From positions 79,918,001 to 79,982,000 of the forward strand of contig NC_090332.1 of assembly GCF_035084215.1 (NCBI RefSeq): a DNA stretch of 64,000 bases, in the 5' to 3' direction. Under the pieces are notes generated by a model. That model had not been told where the DNA came from. It did not search any database and was given only the letters and a program-made list of their open reading frames with translations. Shown piece by piece: positions 60,930 to 64,000 of the stretch. This DNA comes from Heptranchias perlo. Its lineage: Eukaryota. Every line of letters begins with the position of its first letter. Position 1 is the stretch's first letter. The position numbers were made by a program, and so were the translations under genes.

Positions 60930-62150
60930 CAAAACTTTAGCCTTTCGCTTCCTACTACTTTTACGTGGTGCATCGCCTGTGGCTGTAGCAGAGGTAGCAG
61001 TAGGTTGCTCATGTTCATGCCCTGACTGTTGAGGTGCTTTTGACCTACGCTGTCTGGGCTTTGGAGCACGTGAGGGCCCCTCCAAAGACTGCTCCATCTG
61101 CACCTGTGCAGGGGCAGACTCGGCCACCTGGAGAGGAGGCAGCATTGTGGGTGCTGGTTCGCAGGGGGGGGGGCAACAGGTGAAATGCAGGAGCGCTTTG
61201 AGTGGCGTCCCCACTTCCATGTCTCCTTTCGCCATCATCCCTCTCCTGGGCCAGGGCCACATCCCTCCTACCACCCTGCTGGACAACAGTTTGGAGGACA
61301 TGTGTGATGCCTTGGAAGCCCAGTTGTAAAGTGTCTGTCTGCCTGTTTAAGGCGGCAGAATGTTGTTCACCCTGAGTCCGAATGGCCATTGTCAGGGCTT
61401 GAATGGACTCATTTGTGAGCCGTGCTTGAAGCTCTATGGAGGCTGGCCTTCTCTCCATCGCAGACATTCCCACACTTACCTGTGCCACCAGTCCACTAAT
61501 ACAGGAGGTGGACTCCTCCATCCTCTCCGCTATTGTGGAGAACGCGCATGGCACCTGTTCCAGTACCTCGCAAATGTGCTGCTGTCCCTTGATCATTCTC
61601 TTTTTAAAGGATGGCCCTCGGGGTTCAGCATCTGCGTCCAGCTGAGCAGAGCCTGGAGAGGAGTGCGCCCACCGACGTGGACTCTCCACAGCTGCCCTTG
61701 CCACCAGTGTCTGCTCGTGCTCACTTGTGTGTGGTGACTCACCAGGTGCCAAAGCAACTAACTGACTACTAGGACCCACCGAAGTGTGAGTATCTGCACT
61801 GGTGGATGGCTCACTAAGATGTGACGGTGCGCCCTCGAAGGACAGGAGCTCCTCTGAGGAATTGCCTTCTCCTGTCACTTCGGTCGCTGAAGGGCCTGGA
61901 ATAGAACAGAAAGCAATGTTAGGCATCATCATGGATGTGTAATGTTGCGATAAGCATACTGAGTGGTCAACATGCCAATCATTGTTAACATCACTTCATG
62001 TTGTTTGTGATGAATGTTAAAGTTGTGTCACCAGACGTTTATGGGGTGCCAGTCTCGGCATCCCTGATGGACAGGCACTCGAGGGTGTGGCCTCCTCCTC
62101 CCCACTCTGTGCGGACCACTATTTGTTGTGGCCCCTCTCCTGAGCATCCA
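60930..62150 (-). pseudogene. Harbinger accessory (Myb-type) gene, last exon (61895 down to ~60930) and exon-2 remnant; Myb exon missing
   Basis: Acceptor TTCTATTCCAG at 61896; STSADT, RMEESTS and basic C-terminus parallel the gene at 24417-26252. Confidence 0.7.
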
Positions 62151-62204
62151 ATTATGGGCTAGTGAATTCAAATGATGGGAAAGCAACATATCACATCATT
62201 TAGG

Positions 62205-62655
62205 TGCCATCCTTAGATCAGTAGCAGCACTCTTGGCTCTGCGTCAGAAAGTTGTGGGGACAAATCCCACTCCAGGCACTTGAGCACAAAATCTAGGCTG
62301 ACACTCCAGTGCAGTGCTGAGGGAGTGCTGCACTGTCGGAGGTGCCGTCTTTCGGATGAGGTGTTAAACCAAGACCCCATTTGGCCTCTCAGATGGATGT
62401 AAAAGATCTCATGGCACTAGAAGAGCAGGGAAGTTTTCCCAGTGTCCTGTCCAACATTTATCTCTCAACCAACACTAAAACAGATGATCTAGTCATTTAT
62501 CTCATTGCTGTTTGTGGGATCTTGCTGTGCGCAAATTGGCTGCCTCATTTCCTACACTGCAACGGTGACTACACTTCGAAAGTATTTAATTGGCTGTGAA
62601 GCACTTTGGGATGTCCTGAGGTTGTGAAAGACACTATAGAAATGCGAGTTCTTCC
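62205..62655 (+). mobile_element. SacSINE1-like Deu-SINE, near full length
   Basis: tRNA head, GCTGCACTGTCGGAGGTGCCGTCTTTCGGATGAG, Deu block, L2-like tail. Confidence 0.85.
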
Positions 62656-63219
62656 TTTATGATGTATTTCCCATTAATAATGCCATAGCAACATCAGTTC
62701 CTGCCGTTCAGCATTGTTGGGGTGGATGGAAAGGTATTCAAAAGTTAAATCCCCATTCGATTGTGAGATGCTTGATTAGATTCCTTCTGTCTGGGATTTT
62801 TGACATTTAAAAACCAAAACAAGCATTTACCTCATTGCCCAAGAGGCAGATGGCCACACGCTGCAGACACAGGCACCCAAATGCTAACCTGCATTTCCCA
62901 TCCTCCTCTAAGACAGGCACCCTGGCACAGGCAGGAAGCCTGCTGGGAACCGCTAAACTTATTTAAATTAGACTAAATCCGGCAAATCATTGGTGTAGAC
63001 CGAGGGCGGCCAGAAGTTGCCGAAGTTGCAGCAGAAGAAAATGCCACCCACTTACTTTTTAATTTAAATATAAACTGGCACGACAACCAATTTGTGTCAC
63101 CACGGTTGATTTTCAACTCTTCTGAGTCCCGTTATGACTTAAATAAGATTCATTCAGATCTTACCTCTGTACAGTTGCTGTTTACCTCAATAAATAAGTC
63201 TTAATAGGACCATTTACTG

Positions 63220-63570
63220 CATGGCCATGCAAAGGCTCTGTGGGGAAAGGCAACTGTTTAGAGCCTTCCTGCCATTGTATACCGAGGGGCTGCAATCAGG
63301 GAAAAACCCCTCGAGCAGAATGTGAAATTCAAATTGATGTAATGTACTGTAATGAATCTGTAATCAATAATCTGTTTTGAGTGTAATGCAATGAGACACC
63401 CTAGACTGTCATGAACTGTAATTATGTACAATGTGTTCATTGAACTGTACTTGATGTAACCTGCAAATTGTATAATCTGTATTGTGTACGTTTGGAATGT
63501 GATATGACAATTGTATTGTATGTATTGCTGCAAATTTTATGAATAAAGTATATTTTTTTGAAAAAAAAAA
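63220..63570 (+). mobile_element. Tx1/L1-like LINE 3' end
   Basis: AKALWGKATV* C-terminus, TGTA-rich UTR, AATAAAG then poly(A). Confidence 0.6.
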
Positions 63571-64000
63571 TCAGGAGCAAAGTCCATCAAAAAAACACCA
63601 GGTCTGACATCTCTTCTGCAAAACCGTAACTAGTTGTAGAAACAATTTACTCCAAAATGCTTTCACTCCTCTTGGTTACTGTGCTGATACTGGCTGACAT
63701 CTATGCTTTAATACATCTCATCATCCCAACTCTTGAGCATTAATTTGCTGGTCCCTGTTTAATCCTAACTGTTTAATTTCAAATGCACACACGTTAAGAA
63801 AAATCTAAAATTGTGCCTTTAACTTGCTTATCCCTCTATTTATTAATACAGCTTCAATTAGTATTTCTCTTAAGTTTCCATTGTCCTCTTAAACTCCAAA
63901 AATGCTAATTTGCATTTCCTCCTCCCTGCATCTTCACTGTTTTCAAATCAAGACACATTGCACTGATTCCTGCTTTAACTCACTTCTTCTCAAGATCTCA

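Larger units (their letters stand above)
58953..62150 (+). mobile_element. Second Harbinger family, right end truncated
   Basis: Starts GGGCACGATTTT; transposase (+) and convergent accessory gene (-). Confidence 0.85.

Noticed and set aside
62205-62290. tRNA gene (also heads at ~1250-1326, 34850 and 47380)
   Set aside because: tRNA-derived SINE heads with A/B boxes but no complete cloverleaf; they continue into SINE bodies

Overview
Repeat-dominated vertebrate DNA with no recognisable host protein-coding exon, so it is intergenic or deep intronic. The repeat repertoire (SacSINE1-like Deu-SINEs, CR1 with (TTCTATGA)n tails, L2, Penelope-like elements, Harbingers) suggests a cartilaginous fish; this is an inference. 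Main contents: a young CR1 LINE with an uninterrupted ~915-codon ORF2 (36255-39094, -); a second CR1/L2-group LINE with a single stop codon (39298-41975, +) plus a tRNA-SINE sharing its 3' tail; one near-complete and at least four decayed PIF/Harbinger transposons (DDE transposase plus convergent spliced Myb/SANT gene); many Harbinger-type MITEs; a solo LTR with a 4-bp TSD; many L2, CR1 and SINE fragments; and a Tx1/L1-like 3' end. The most striking structure is two independent Penelope-like insertions (7991-9334 and 51389-51603). Both are built as TSD, near-spacerless fold-back palindrome, identical 34-nt tail, TSD, and each carries a minimal hammerhead ribozyme motif. Boundaries of decayed elements are approximate and all alignments were done by eye.
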